64,000 nucleotides of DNA from Candidatus Zhuqueibacterota bacterium. GTDB taxonomy: Bacteria > Zhuqueibacterota > Zhuqueibacteria > Residuimicrobiales > Krinioviventaceae. The translations under genes and the position numbers were made by a program. The stretch is taken from contig JAFGKD010000094.1 in the NCBI GenBank assembly GCA_016928775.1, positions 9,504-73,503 on the forward strand, in the 5' to 3' direction. A model generated the notes under the pieces. That model ran no database searches. It saw nothing but the letters and a program-made list of their open reading frames with translations, and had not been told where the DNA came from. Of the stretch, positions 9,394 to 21,300 are shown one piece after another; position 1 is the first letter of the stretch; each line of letters starts with the position of its first letter.

Positions 9394-9609
9394 CTATGCT
9401 GCTTCTTCCATCTTCTTTCTCAGACTCAGGGGACGCATATCTGTCCATACCTCTTTAATATAAGCGAGGCATTCATCTTTTTTGCCGGATTTACCAACGG
9501 ATTTCCAACCGAGAGGTATCTCTTTATCAACCGGCCAGATGGAATATTGTTCTTCATGATTCTTCACAACGTTATAAGTCGTGTTATCGTCTTTGTCATC
9601 CCAACTCAT
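9394..9609 (-). CDS. MbtH-like protein
   Basis: 71 aa. [60 protein letters not shown] carries the invariant MbtH signature (N-x-E-x-Q-x-S-x-WP ... P-x-GW ... C-L-x-Y-I ... WTD-x-RP). Confidence 0.9.
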   Translation of the reverse strand: MSWDDKDDNTTYNVVKNHEEQYSIWPVDKEIPLGWKSVGKSGKKDECLAYIKEVWTDMRPLSLRKKMEEAA

Positions 9610-9698
9610 GATTTCTCCTGTACTTTAAGTTGCTAGTTCAAAATAAGAATTTTCATAATGTTTGCTCTCAGCGCAATCGCCGTTTTGTACACAAAAAT

Positions 9699-11030
9699 TT
9701 AGTCTACCGGAAAAATAGCTTGTTCACCAATAGGCGGTCTAATGTCAGGCTGGATATCATCCTTGTCTTTTAACTCACGTGAATCAAATACCAGAAACTG
9801 ACGAAATGCCTTAAAAAATAACATGCTTGATGTTATCAATACCATAGATATACTACATGCCAAATAAATTGGCGGAATATTTTTGTCCATCAGATCAGCC
9901 AGATAGCCTGACAAGGCCATGGCGATCGGCGCAGCAGCGCCCTCAATGGTGGCCAATGCGCCAAATACCCGACCCCGCAATCTGCTTTGTGTTGTGGCCT
10001 GCAAAATCGTCATAATATTTACAATGACAAATCCTCCGAATGCACCGGACAGAAAAGCCAAACCACCCACGATGTAAATATCCCGAACAAACGCCAACGC
10101 GCCATAGAGAACCGCATCGAGCAACAGCAACGTCACAAGCAAAATTGCTCTCTTTTCCTTTTCGAATCGAAGAAGCCCGGCAATAGAGTAGCCGACAATA
10201 CTGCCAACTGCAAAAATAGAAGTCAAATAACCATACCATTCAATCCAAGATTGACCGAGCAGCAATGTATCTTCGAGATAAAAAGGCAAAAGAAGGATAA
10301 CAGCGGTTGCGAAAAAACTGAGCGCTGCTGATACAATGACCAGATTTCGAAGTCCGACATTGCTCCAAATAAATTTGATCCCTTCGACAAGATCTTGTTT
10401 GAAATTTGCAACAACCTCTTCGCTCTCTTTTACTTTGGACGGCAGTTTCTGAGGAATTGTAATAAAGGCTTCGCTGAATGCCGAGAACAAAAAGGTCACA
10501 CCATTGATGAGAAATAAAACAGGTGCACCAAACAGAGCGTATAATTGGCTTCCCAACGGGCGGCCAATGATGGCGGATATGTTCATGGAAATCATACCCA
10601 TCGAATTTGCGCCAGGCAGTTTATTCTTGGGCACAATGTCCGGAATTGCCGCTGAAATCGCCGGACCGAAAAACGAGCTCACAACGGCTGAGAGCGTCGA
10701 TGTAAAAAAAAGTGCGACAATGAGCATTGGCATCCGGTGCGGCATAAAGAAAAAGGCAGCGCCCAAAGCCAGCATGAGGATGCCGTTTAAAATATCGGTC
10801 ACAACGATAATTTTCTTTCGGGAATTCCGATCTGCAAAAACGCCACAAAAAGGCCCGAGGACGATGGCCACGGCACCGGCAATAGCGCTGATCGTTCCGA
10901 GCATGATGCCTGAATCCGTGGTATCTTTGATCCATGCAAGCATGGCGATCAAAAATACTTGCGTGCCCATACGGCTGACAAATTGACCCTGCCAGAGAAG
11001 AAGAAAATTCTTATTGAAAAGTTTACTCAT
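9699..11030 (-). CDS. MFS transporter (EntS/MFS_3-like putative exporter of the pathway product)
   Basis: 443 aa with about 12 hydrophobic segments. The N-terminal FLLLWQGQFVSRMGTQVFLIAMLAWI is typical of the enterobactin-exporter-like MFS subfamily. It sits inside the NRPS operon. Confidence 0.75.
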   Translation of the reverse strand: MSKLFNKNFLLLWQGQFVSRMGTQVFLIAMLAWIKDTTDSGIMLGTISAIAGAVAIVLGPFCGVFADRNSRKKIIVVTDILNGILMLALGAAFFFMPHRMPMLIVALFFTSTLSAVVSSFFGPAISAAIPDIVPKNKLPGANSMGMISMNISAIIGRPLGSQLYALFGAPVLFLINGVTFLFSAFSEAFITIPQKLPSKVKESEEVVANFKQDLVEGIKFIWSNVGLRNLVIVSAALSFFATAVILLLPFYLEDTLLLGQSWIEWYGYLTSIFAVGSIVGYSIAGLLRFEKEKRAILLVTLLLLDAVLYGALAFVRDIYIVGGLAFLSGAFGGFVIVNIMTILQATTQSRLRGRVFGALATIEGAAAPIAMALSGYLADLMDKNIPPIYLACSISMVLITSSMLFFKAFRQFLVFDSRELKDKDDIQPDIRPPIGEQAIFPVD

Positions 11031-11191
11031 CTTTTGGATTCTACTCTTTTAGATAGAAAAAATCGTCATTATTATGATCAAAATCGCTTGCATGAAAACG
11101 GCCTTGCTTTTTTAACATAAGAGCATTACAAAAAAATCCGGTATGAACTACATACTTTAATTGATTGTTAATTATGTGACAAAATCCTGAT

Positions 11192-12313
11192 TCATGGTTC
11201 TTTTGGCTCCATTGTTGCGCGGGCATTTTTCGGATTTACTATCTCGTAATCTAAATTTTCAAAAGTGGATATCCATGCCGTGTTAATCTTTTCTATCTCA
11301 TCCGCCGGCAAACTCGGGAACGTATTCTTTTTATAGTCTTTTATGGATTCGAGATGTTTTTTTAGCGCTGGTTCAAAACGATTAAAATTCGGGATGCGAA
11401 AATATTCGTAAATGGACGCGACATGACCGTAAATGTCCTGTTCAAATTCTTCAAAGGATATCTCAAACAATCGCTCTTTCGGCACGACTGCCTTGTCTCG
11501 CCAAAACGCATCATACATTGTAGAATAGTTTTCCAGGATGTATCGATTCCAATCCTCAAGATTCGGGCGTTGCAGACAAGTATGCTGCAAAGCTTCCGCG
11601 TATAGTTTTTTCGTCGATTGATAAACTCTGTACGGATTCCGATAAATGTGAATAAATCGGGCGTCAGGAAAAATGTCGAGCAATATTTTCATCCGCCCAA
11701 GATGCACAGGTGATTTGAGCACGAGCGGACGTTGATATTTGAACGTCAACTTTTTGTAAAATAGAACCATGGCATCACGCCATCGCTCAAAATCAGCTTG
11801 CGAGGCGCGCTCGAATGTATGATATTTTGCATACTTTTCGTGATTTCTTGTGAATGCCCACGCGATGATCGGCGAACGCTGACACATCATCGAAATCGCG
11901 GTTTCGTCTTCATCCGGACTGGAAAAGGTGATCTTTACATTATCCATATGCCGCTTTTCGGCTTTGGCATTTTCCAGTCTTTTGGCAATCTTTTCTTCCC
12001 GACTGAGAAATACATGCGGATTTGAAATTTCAAATTTATTCGCATAGCCAAATTGCTCATCCAAAGAAAAAATACTGTGCAACAGCGTCGTGCCACAGCG
12101 CCAGTGACCGAGTATAAAAATTGGTGACTCTATCTTTATATTTTCCACCTTGTGCAGAAATTTTCGATCATCAAAATATTTATAAAAGCTGTTCAATCGT
12201 GACAAGTGATTCAAAGCTCCTTTTCTTTGTCTGTACTCGTCATCGATGCTGTTCCCCTCAACTTGTTTTAGTTCCTCCCAATCTTTTTTTATTATTCCAA
12301 GAAGTGAATCCAT
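11192..12313 (-). CDS. Stand-alone PAPS-dependent sulfotransferase (Sulfotransfer_3-like)
   Basis: 373 aa. The 5'-phosphosulfate-binding loop GHWRCGTTLLH lies at 12076..12108. The 3'-phosphate-binding region is KSPVHLGRMKILLDIFPDARFIHIYRNPYRVYQS. It has the same fold signature as the sulfotransferase domain embedded in NRPS B. Confidence 0.75.
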   Translation of the reverse strand: MDSLLGIIKKDWEELKQVEGNSIDDEYRQRKGALNHLSRLNSFYKYFDDRKFLHKVENIKIESPIFILGHWRCGTTLLHSIFSLDEQFGYANKFEISNPHVFLSREEKIAKRLENAKAEKRHMDNVKITFSSPDEDETAISMMCQRSPIIAWAFTRNHEKYAKYHTFERASQADFERWRDAMVLFYKKLTFKYQRPLVLKSPVHLGRMKILLDIFPDARFIHIYRNPYRVYQSTKKLYAEALQHTCLQRPNLEDWNRYILENYSTMYDAFWRDKAVVPKERLFEISFEEFEQDIYGHVASIYEYFRIPNFNRFEPALKKHLESIKDYKKNTFPSLPADEIEKINTAWISTFENLDYEIVNPKNARATMEPKEP

Positions 12314-12368
12314 TTTCGTCTCCGCGTGTTACCTGTGTTCATATCTTATGGGATTTTATGTCGAGTGT

Positions 12369-15300
12369 TTATCCTGCTAATGAGCTTACGACATCCTCCA
12401 ACTCTGAATTGAATGTTTTTGCCAGCCTTCGAATAGTGCGCTCTTTATATAAATGTGCGCTATATAACCAACGAACATGCAATTCTCGTCCACTGACAGA
12501 TGCGACAATGTGCAAAAGCGCACCTTTTGATTCAGTCGAGAATTGCTCATCGCGGATGCGTTCCGGCGCCATCTGAAAGGGCAAAGCCACCTTTGTATCA
12601 AATTGATCGAACTGGCCGAGATAATTAAAATTCACCTGCGCATGATTGGTCTGTAAAAAAGCCGTCGACGCATCATTTTTCAAATATTTCAGAATGCCAT
12701 ACCCGACGCCACGATCGGGGACTGCCGCCAATTGATCGTGTATAGCAAGAATCTGCTCGCGCAAGTCCGTACCGACCAGTTCCAGATTAAGATAAAAAAT
12801 ACTGGTGAACCATCCCACCGTACGAGACAAATCGACATCTTCAAACAATGGCTCTCTTCCATGACCCTCCATTTCAACGGCAAGATAATTCTGTCCCGTC
12901 CATGGCGTCAAAGCACGTAACAGCGCCGTGAGCAGAACATCGTTGATGTTCGTGCCGAGTTTTTTGGGAATATCTTGCAACACCTTGTTCGTCACCTCAG
13001 ATGACAACGACAGGGTCAGTTGCTCGGCAGAACCATAGGTGTTTTCGTGACTGTCAAAATCGCGCGGCAAGGAATAGGGTGCAAAGCGCGCCTGATTCTC
13101 CTGCCAGAAATGAATTTGCTTTGCCGCGGCCTCGGATTGTGCATAATGCACCAGCCTGTTCGCCCAAACCTTGTAGTTAGTCGTTCTCGGCGGCAACTGG
13201 ATCGGTTGGTTTTCGCTCAATTGACCATAAATATTGAGCAAGTCTTCCAGGATAAACCGCCAGGAGACGCCATCGGTGATTAAATGGTGTAATACCAGCA
13301 ACAACCGCGAATGTTTTTTCATCCTGAAATATATAACTTTGAGCAGCGGTGCAGTGCCGAGATCAAAGGTTTTTTGTACTGCCGCAGCTTTCTCCTCGAT
13401 GAGTTTTTTGACCTCCCAGGATCGAGAGTCCGTCACATCGACCATCTCAAAGGGAAGGTTGTCGATGGACTCGACAAATTCCTGTCGCCACTCGCTTTCC
13501 TGCTGCTCAAAACGTAGCCTGAAGCAATCATGATGCTGCGTCATAATTGTCAGTGCATGCTGCAAAATGTCGAGATCGAGATCATACGCCAAAGCAACCA
13601 TGAGTGACGTATTGAACTGCTGCGGTGCCAGTGTATGATGCTCAAAAAACCAGTGCTGAATCGGCGTCAGGGGCGCCGGGCCGACTGCTTTTTCCTGTTC
13701 AACAGATGTCGGATCAACAGCCTGTGCCAGGTCCGCCAACTCTGCCAAATTACCCGCCTGAAACATATGACGCGGCGAAATCTTGAGTCCAGCCTGATTG
13801 GCGCGGGAAATCACTTGAATGCTTAATATCGAATCACCGCCTAGCTCAAAGAAATTATCATAGCGCCCAACCTGTTCAGTGTGCAGCACCTGCTTCCAGA
13901 TATCCGCCAGGATGCGCTCGTCATCGGTTTCCGGTTCTGCAAATTCGTGTTCAAACTCGGGACGAATCGACTCGGGCAGCGGCAGAACTCGCCGGTCAAT
14001 TTTGCCGTGTGCGGTGAGCGGAAAGGCGGTCAATCGAACAAAATGCGCCGGCACCATGTAGTCGGGCAGCTTTTCTTTCAGCACTGTACGCAGCTCATTC
14101 ACCGTCACCGATACCGATTCATCCGGAATAACATAGTAGGCGGCCAATTTTTGATCTCCCGGCTTATCTTCGCGCAGCAGCACAAGAGCCTCTTTGACCT
14201 CCGGATGTGTGTTCAAAACAGATTCGATTTCGCCCAACTCGACGCGGAAGCCGCGGAGTTGAACCTGATGATCGATACGACCGAGATACTCGATATCACC
14301 ATTTGCCGTAACGCGAGCCAGATCGCCGGTCTTGTAGAGTCGTGCTCCCGGTTGATCGGCAAACGGATTCGGAATAAATTTACCTGCTGTCAATTCGGGA
14401 CGCCTCAAATAGCCGCGCGCCAAACCGGCGCCACCAACGTACAGCTCGCCCGGCACCCCGATCGGCAAAGGCTCATAATTTTGGTCAAGAATATAAATCT
14501 GCAAATCCGGTATAGGGCCGCCGATCATACTGCCCGGCGCCGATTCAATATCCAACTGCGCCAGCGGCCGGTAGGTCACATGCACTGTCGTTTCGGTGAT
14601 ACCGTACATATTGATCAACTGCGGCTTGACATAGCCATGTTCTTCAAACCAGGGCTTGAGACTACCGAGCTCCAGCTTGTCACCGCCAAAAATCACATAG
14701 CGTAATTTCAACTCCGGAGCCATACCGTCGAGCTCTTCTTGTTGAATGAGCTGCCGGAACGCTGACGGCGTTTGATTGAGCACGGTCACGCCCTTTTCAG
14801 CCAACAATTTGTAAAAATTCTCCGGTGATCGACTCACCATATAAGGTACAATGACAACCTGACCGCCGTAAAACAGGGCGCCCCATAATTCCCACACCGA
14901 AAAATCAAAGGCAAAAGAGTGGAACAGTGTCCAGATGTCACGTTCGTCAAAATGATACCAGTTTTCGGTGGCATGAAACAAACGCGTGACGTTCTCATGG
15001 CACACCATCACACCTTTGGGCGTGCCCGTCGATCCGGATGTATAGATCACATAGGCAACATTCTGCGGCGACACAGTGACGTTGGTATTTTCGCTGGTCT
15101 CGTATTCAATGAGCGCCCAGTCCGAATCAAGGCAGACTTGTCGGGTTTCCACACCGGATAATTCTTGTGCAATAGCCTCCTGTGTGAGCAGCAGTTTCAT
15201 GCCCGAGTCCATCAGGATAAAATCCTTGCGGTCGGCGGGGTACATTGGATCGATCGGCACATAACCGGCGCCGGCTTTGAGAATGCCAAGAATGCCGATG

Positions 15301-18300
15301 ACCATCTCCAGGGAACGTTCGAGGCACAATCCGACGAGATCATCTTGAGCAACGCCCTGGCGTCTCAGGAAATGCGCTAACTTGTTGGCTTTACGATTCA
15401 GCTCGCCATAGGTTAATTGTGAATCTTTTAATGACACCGCGACCGCGTGCGCATTAATGGCGACCTGTTCTTCAACAATCTGGTGTATGCAACGGGCATC
15501 GTGGAAATCGTGCGATACATCATTGCAAATGGCTAACATCTTTTGCCGTTCATCGGATTGAACCAAAGGAATTTGATAAATCGGCAGTTGCGACGACTCC
15601 GTCACACCCCGCAACACATTTTGCAGATGGGTGATCATCCGCTCGATGGTCCCGGCCTCGAAGAGATCAGTGTTGTATTCAAATGATCCGGTCAAACCCT
15701 GATCCGTCTCCATCAAGGTCAAGGTCAAATCAAATTTGGCAAGATGACTTTCGGCTTCCAGCGGTTCAATGCGCAAATCCGGCATGTCATATCGCTGTGA
15801 CGGAATATTTTGCAAAACAAACATCACCTGAAACAGCGGCGTGTGGCTCATATTACGTTCCGGCTGCACGGCGTCCACAATCATTTCAAACGGCACATCC
15901 TGATGCGCATAGGCGTCCAATGCCACCTGGCGCACCTGGTTCAGGACATCGACGAAGGTCATCGAGTTGGTTATTTCAGAACGCAGCACCAGCGTATTGA
16001 CAAAAAAACCGATGAGTGCTTCTGTCTCTTTGGTGTTGCGATTGGCAATGGGCGTTCCAACAATGATATCATCTTGCCCGGAGTAGCGCTGCAAAAGGAC
16101 GTTGAATGCCGCCAACAGTGTCATAAAAAGCGTGGCATTGTGTTTACGAGACAGCTCATTGAGGCGAGTCAACAACTCACGATCAATTTCAAAGCCGATC
16201 GTGTCGCCGTTAAAGGTCTGAAATGCCGGACGTGGTCGATCCGTTGGTAAATTGAGCACGCCGGCTGCGCCGGCCAATTGTTGCTTCCAATAATTGAGAT
16301 GAAACTCAAGCACCTCATCCTTGAGCCATTGACGTTGCCAATAGGCGTAATCGGGATATTGAATTTTCAGGTCTGGCAGCTCCGGTGCCTGGCCCTGGCG
16401 AAATGCTTCATAATAGGCGGCAACTTCGGCAATAAAAATGCCCATGGACCAGCCGTCCGAGATGATGTGATGCATATTCAGCACAAAAACACTCGTCGTG
16501 ACATTTTGCTTAATCAGATGCAAGCGCACGAGTGGGCCTGTCTGCAAATCAAACGGGGTGGTGAATTCGCGATAAAGAAATTCCGGCACATCTTTTTCCA
16601 GCTCATCCTCGGACTTTTCCCGCCAATCCACAATGTGCAGTTTGAAGGAAATATTGTCCGAGATGACCTGTTGTGGTTTGCCATCTTGGGTGATAAAAGT
16701 CGTGCGCAAGGATTCATGTCGATAGGCGACCGCTTCAAGGCTCTTGCGGAAGGCATCGAGATCGAACTGTCCAACGAGACGTACAGCAGCCGGCAAATTA
16801 TACATGGGACTGCCGGGTTCCAGCTGGTCCAGGAACCAGAGTCGTTGCTGCGCAAAAGAGAGCGGCAGATTTGCCTCGCGCGCCACCGGCTCAATCGGCG
16901 GCGCCATCATCGCGTTCAATCGCGGATCAAAATGTTGCAGACTGAGTGCCATCTGAGCAATGGTGGGTGATTCAAAAATCATTGCAATAGGTACCTGGAG
17001 ACTGAACTGTTCGCGTACACGGGAAATGAGCTGGGTCGCCAACAGAGAGTGGCCACCGATATCGAAAAAGTTGGCGTAGACGCTGATATTGTCCAGGTGC
17101 AGCACATCCATCCATGCAGCGGTTAATTTGCGTTCAATGTCGTTTCGAGGTGTCACCATCTCCACATCGGCTTGTAAATGCTCACTTGTCGGCAGGGGCA
17201 GGGCGCGACGATCCACTTTACCATTGGGCGTCAAGGGTATTGTTGCAAGGCGGAAGACAATGTGCGGCACCATATAATCCGGCAGCGACTCACTGCACCA
17301 CTCGCGCAGTTGCTGATCGTTCGGATGTTCTTGATCTTCGGCAACGATATAAGCCACCAGCTTTTGATCACCGCGTCGCCCGACGATCTCGCGCACCAAC
17401 ACAACCGCCTGCTTTATTTTCTCATGCCGAATGAGCACCTGCTCTATCTCGCCCAACTCGATGCGAAATCCGCGCAACTTGACTTGATGATCGATGCGCC
17501 CCAGGAATTCAATATTGCCATCGGCTAAATAACGCACCAGATCACCCGTGCGATAGAGTCGCTCGCCTGCCCGGCCAAACGGATTAGGGCTAAAGCGCTC
17601 GGCCGTTAAATCCGGTCTGTTGTGATACCCGCGCGCCAGACCAAGACCGGCAATACAGAGCTCGCCGGGAACGCCCGGCGGGACGAGCTGCATCAAATCA
17701 TCAAGGATATACAGACGAACGTTGCCAATGGGTTTGCCAATCGGCATGGTGGGTGCATTAGCTAATTCTGTGACCGGGTAACTCGAGGCGCAGACCGTAT
17801 TTTCGGTTGGCCCGTACGCATTCAAAAATCTTCTTCCCCCCGACCATTTCGCCGCAATGTCTCGCGAGCAGGCTTCACCGGCAGACACGAGCGTCCGCAA
17901 GTGCTCGAGCCCGTCCGGAGACATCACCGACAGCGCAGTTGGCGGCAAGGTGATGGTGGTTATTTTGTGCTCCTGCAAATAGTGCTGCAAATCTGCTCCT
18001 GGCAAAACCTTATCTTTGGGGGCCAGGTAGAGTGTTGCGCCACTCACGAGAGTGGTAAAAATCTCGGATACCGACGCATCAAAACTGAACGACGCAAACT
18101 GCAAACAACGACATGTCTCATCCAGTTGAAAATCCTTGATCTGTTCCAGCGTCAGATTCACTAATCCGCGATGCTGCAGCATGGTGCCTTTGGGTTGACC
18201 GGTTGAGCCGGAGGTATAAATCATATAAGCCAGGTGATCGGCATTCGTCAGATTATCCGGATTCTCGGCGGATTCGTCCGCTATTTTCGCCCATTCGGCA

Positions 18301-21300
18301 TCCAGACGGATAATGTGCAGCTCGGGACGATCAAACTGTCCGGCAAGAAAATCTTGCGTGAGGAGCACCGTAATGTTAGCATCCGCCATTATATAATCGA
18401 TACGATCCTGCGGATAACCTGGATCGATGGGCACATAGACACCACCGGCTTTGAGCACGCCCAAAAGACCAACAACCTGCTCAATAGATTTCTCGACAGA
18501 AATGCCGACGAGTTTTTCCGGCCCAACACCCAACGCTCTTAAATAATGTGCCAGGGTATTGACCCGCTGGTTTAACTCGGCGAATGTCAATAGCTCCCCC
18601 TCAAAGTAGAGCGCCGGCGCATCCGGCGTGCGAGCAATCCTTTCCTCGAACAGTTCATGGATGCATTTGTCACGCGGGAAGCTGACATCCGTTGCATTCC
18701 AGGATTGTATAATGGCTGTCTTTTCCGCTTCTGTGACCAGTTCCAGCTCGCTAATCTGTGCATGCGGACTTTTTACCATCTGCTGTAACAACAAGACAAA
18801 ATGGTCAGCCATACGCTGAATGCTCTCTTTTTTAAAGAGATCTGTATTATATTCGAACTCGGCATAATAGCCGTCGCTGGATTCAGCCATCACCAGAGTG
18901 ATATCAAACTTAGCGGCGCGTTCATCCGCCTCCACGACCTCCATGGCCAAAGAAGACTGTTCAAAACCTATCGATCCTCGAGGTGTATTTTGCAGAACAA
19001 ACATCACCTGGAAGAGCGGTGAGCGGCTCATATCGCGTTCGCGTTCCAGTCTATCGACCAACTGTTCAAACGGTACATCCTGATGCGCGTAAGCATCCAG
19101 GGTGTAATCGCGTACCTGTGTCAGCAGCTCTTCAAAAGTCATTCGATTGGACAATTCGGCGCGCAGCACCAGTGTATTGACAAAAAAGCCGATGAGTGCC
19201 TCGGTCTCGGAATAGTTGCGGTTGGCGATGGGCGATCCGACCAGAATCTCCTCCTGGTGGGTGTAACGGTAGAGCAACGACTGGAAAGCGGCCAACAGGG
19301 TCATGAACATGGTGGCGTCGTGCTTTTGACTCAAGTCGCGTAATCCATCGACAATTGCGCGAGGAATTTTTATCGATACAGCATCGCCATTAAAAGTTTG
19401 TATACCCGGCCTCGGATAATCAGTCGGGAGATCGAGAACCGGCGGATTGACGCCGATCTGATCTTGCCAAAAATTGATCTGCTTCTCGAGGACGGCTTCG
19501 GTCAGCCACTCGCGCTGCCAGGCCGCGTAATCCGCGTATTGAATAGCAAGTTCCGGCAACTGCGGTGGTCGGTTCGCCCGGTAGGCCTGATAGAGTATTC
19601 CGAATTCCTGCATCAGCACATTTGTCGACCAGCCGTCGGAAATAATATGATGCATGGTGAACATCAAAACATGTTCCTCTTGACTCAGGCGGATCAAACC
19701 GCCGCGATACAATGCTCCTTCATCAAGCTTGAATGGCCGCATGGCATTGTCCGTCACCAGTCGGGACATTTCGAGGTCACGCTCTTGCTCCGATTTTTTG
19801 CTGAGATCATAGATCGGCAACTCAACTGGTTGCGGTTGCAGGATGCGCTGTTTCGGCGTGCCGCGCTCTTCAATAAAAATGGTTCGCAAGGCTTCATGTC
19901 GGCGCACGATTTCAGTGATTGACCTTTCAATCGCATCAATATCAAGTTCGCCGCTTATTTTAATAGCGATGGGAATATTATAGTTGGCATTCTCCGGCGC
20001 TAATTGATCCAGGAACCAGAGTCGCTGCTGCGCAAAAGACAGGGGCAGATCACCATGACGAGGTACCGGTTGGAGCGGCGGCGCCATCCGCCCGTCCTGC
20101 TGTTGGCGAGCGCTGTCAATGTGGCGAACCAGGCCGACAATCGTCGGCGTTTCAAAAAGAGACCGCAACGGCAATTCGACAGCAAAAACATCGCGAATCC
20201 GCGACATCAATTGGGTCGCCAACAGCGAATGGCCACCAAGCTCAAAAAAGTTATCCAATACACCAATCCGATCCACATGCAGCAGCTCCAGCCAAATATC
20301 GGCTAACAGCTCTTCCTGCGCATTGCGCGGGGCGACAAATTCTGTTGTGCTCTGCAAATTTTCATATTCTGGCCGAGGCAGGGCGCGCCGGTCCACTTTG
20401 CCACTGGAGGTGAGTGGAAAAGCATCTAATTGCACAAGCGCCACGGGGCGCATATACTCGGGTAATTGCTGCCGCAGCAGCTCAAACAAGGCATCATGTT
20501 CAATACTCTGCCCCGCGACAACGGTATAATAGGACACTAATCGTTTGTCACCTGGTGAGTCCTCCCGGACGAGGCTCAGTGCGCTGTCAATAGCAGGGTG
20601 TTGCTGCAGTACGGCATCTATCTCACCCAGCTCAATCCGGTAGCCTCTAATTTTCACCTGGCTATCCATACGGCCGAGGAAAATCAGCAAACCATCGTTC
20701 AGGTAGCGGACGAGATCGCCGGTTTTATAGAGGCGTTCTCCCGGTTTCTTTCCGAATAGATTGGGGATAAACCGTTCGGCGGTCAAGTCCGGGCGATTCA
20801 AATAGCCGCGCGCCACACCTTCGCCGCCAATATACAGCTCTCCGGCAACACCGGCGGCAACCGGCTCGAGTGTGTCGTTTAGCACATAAACAACGCTGTT
20901 GGTGATGGCCCTGCCGATGGGTACCGAGCCTATGCCACGCCACCCGCTCGCTTCGTACACCACACATCCGACAACTGTTTCTGTTGGTCCGTACTCGTTG
21001 AACAAAAGTGTGTTCGGCGCATTCTTTTGCCAGAAAGAAATCTGCTCGGCGGTCAAATTCTCGCCGCCAATGATAAAGCTGTGCGTCAATCCGGCGGCTT
21101 CTTCCGCCGGCACCTGACGTCCCAACAGCTCCAGATGCGCCGGGGTAATTTTTACGATATTAAAATCTTTATAGTGGCGCAGCGCCCGGCTCAGCGCTTC
21201 GAGATCGGCGTCATCCGGTAACAGGACAGCCGTTTTGCCGTTCAAAAAGGGCGTAAAGACCGCCGTCACCGTGGCATCAAAAGCAATGGTCGAATGAACG

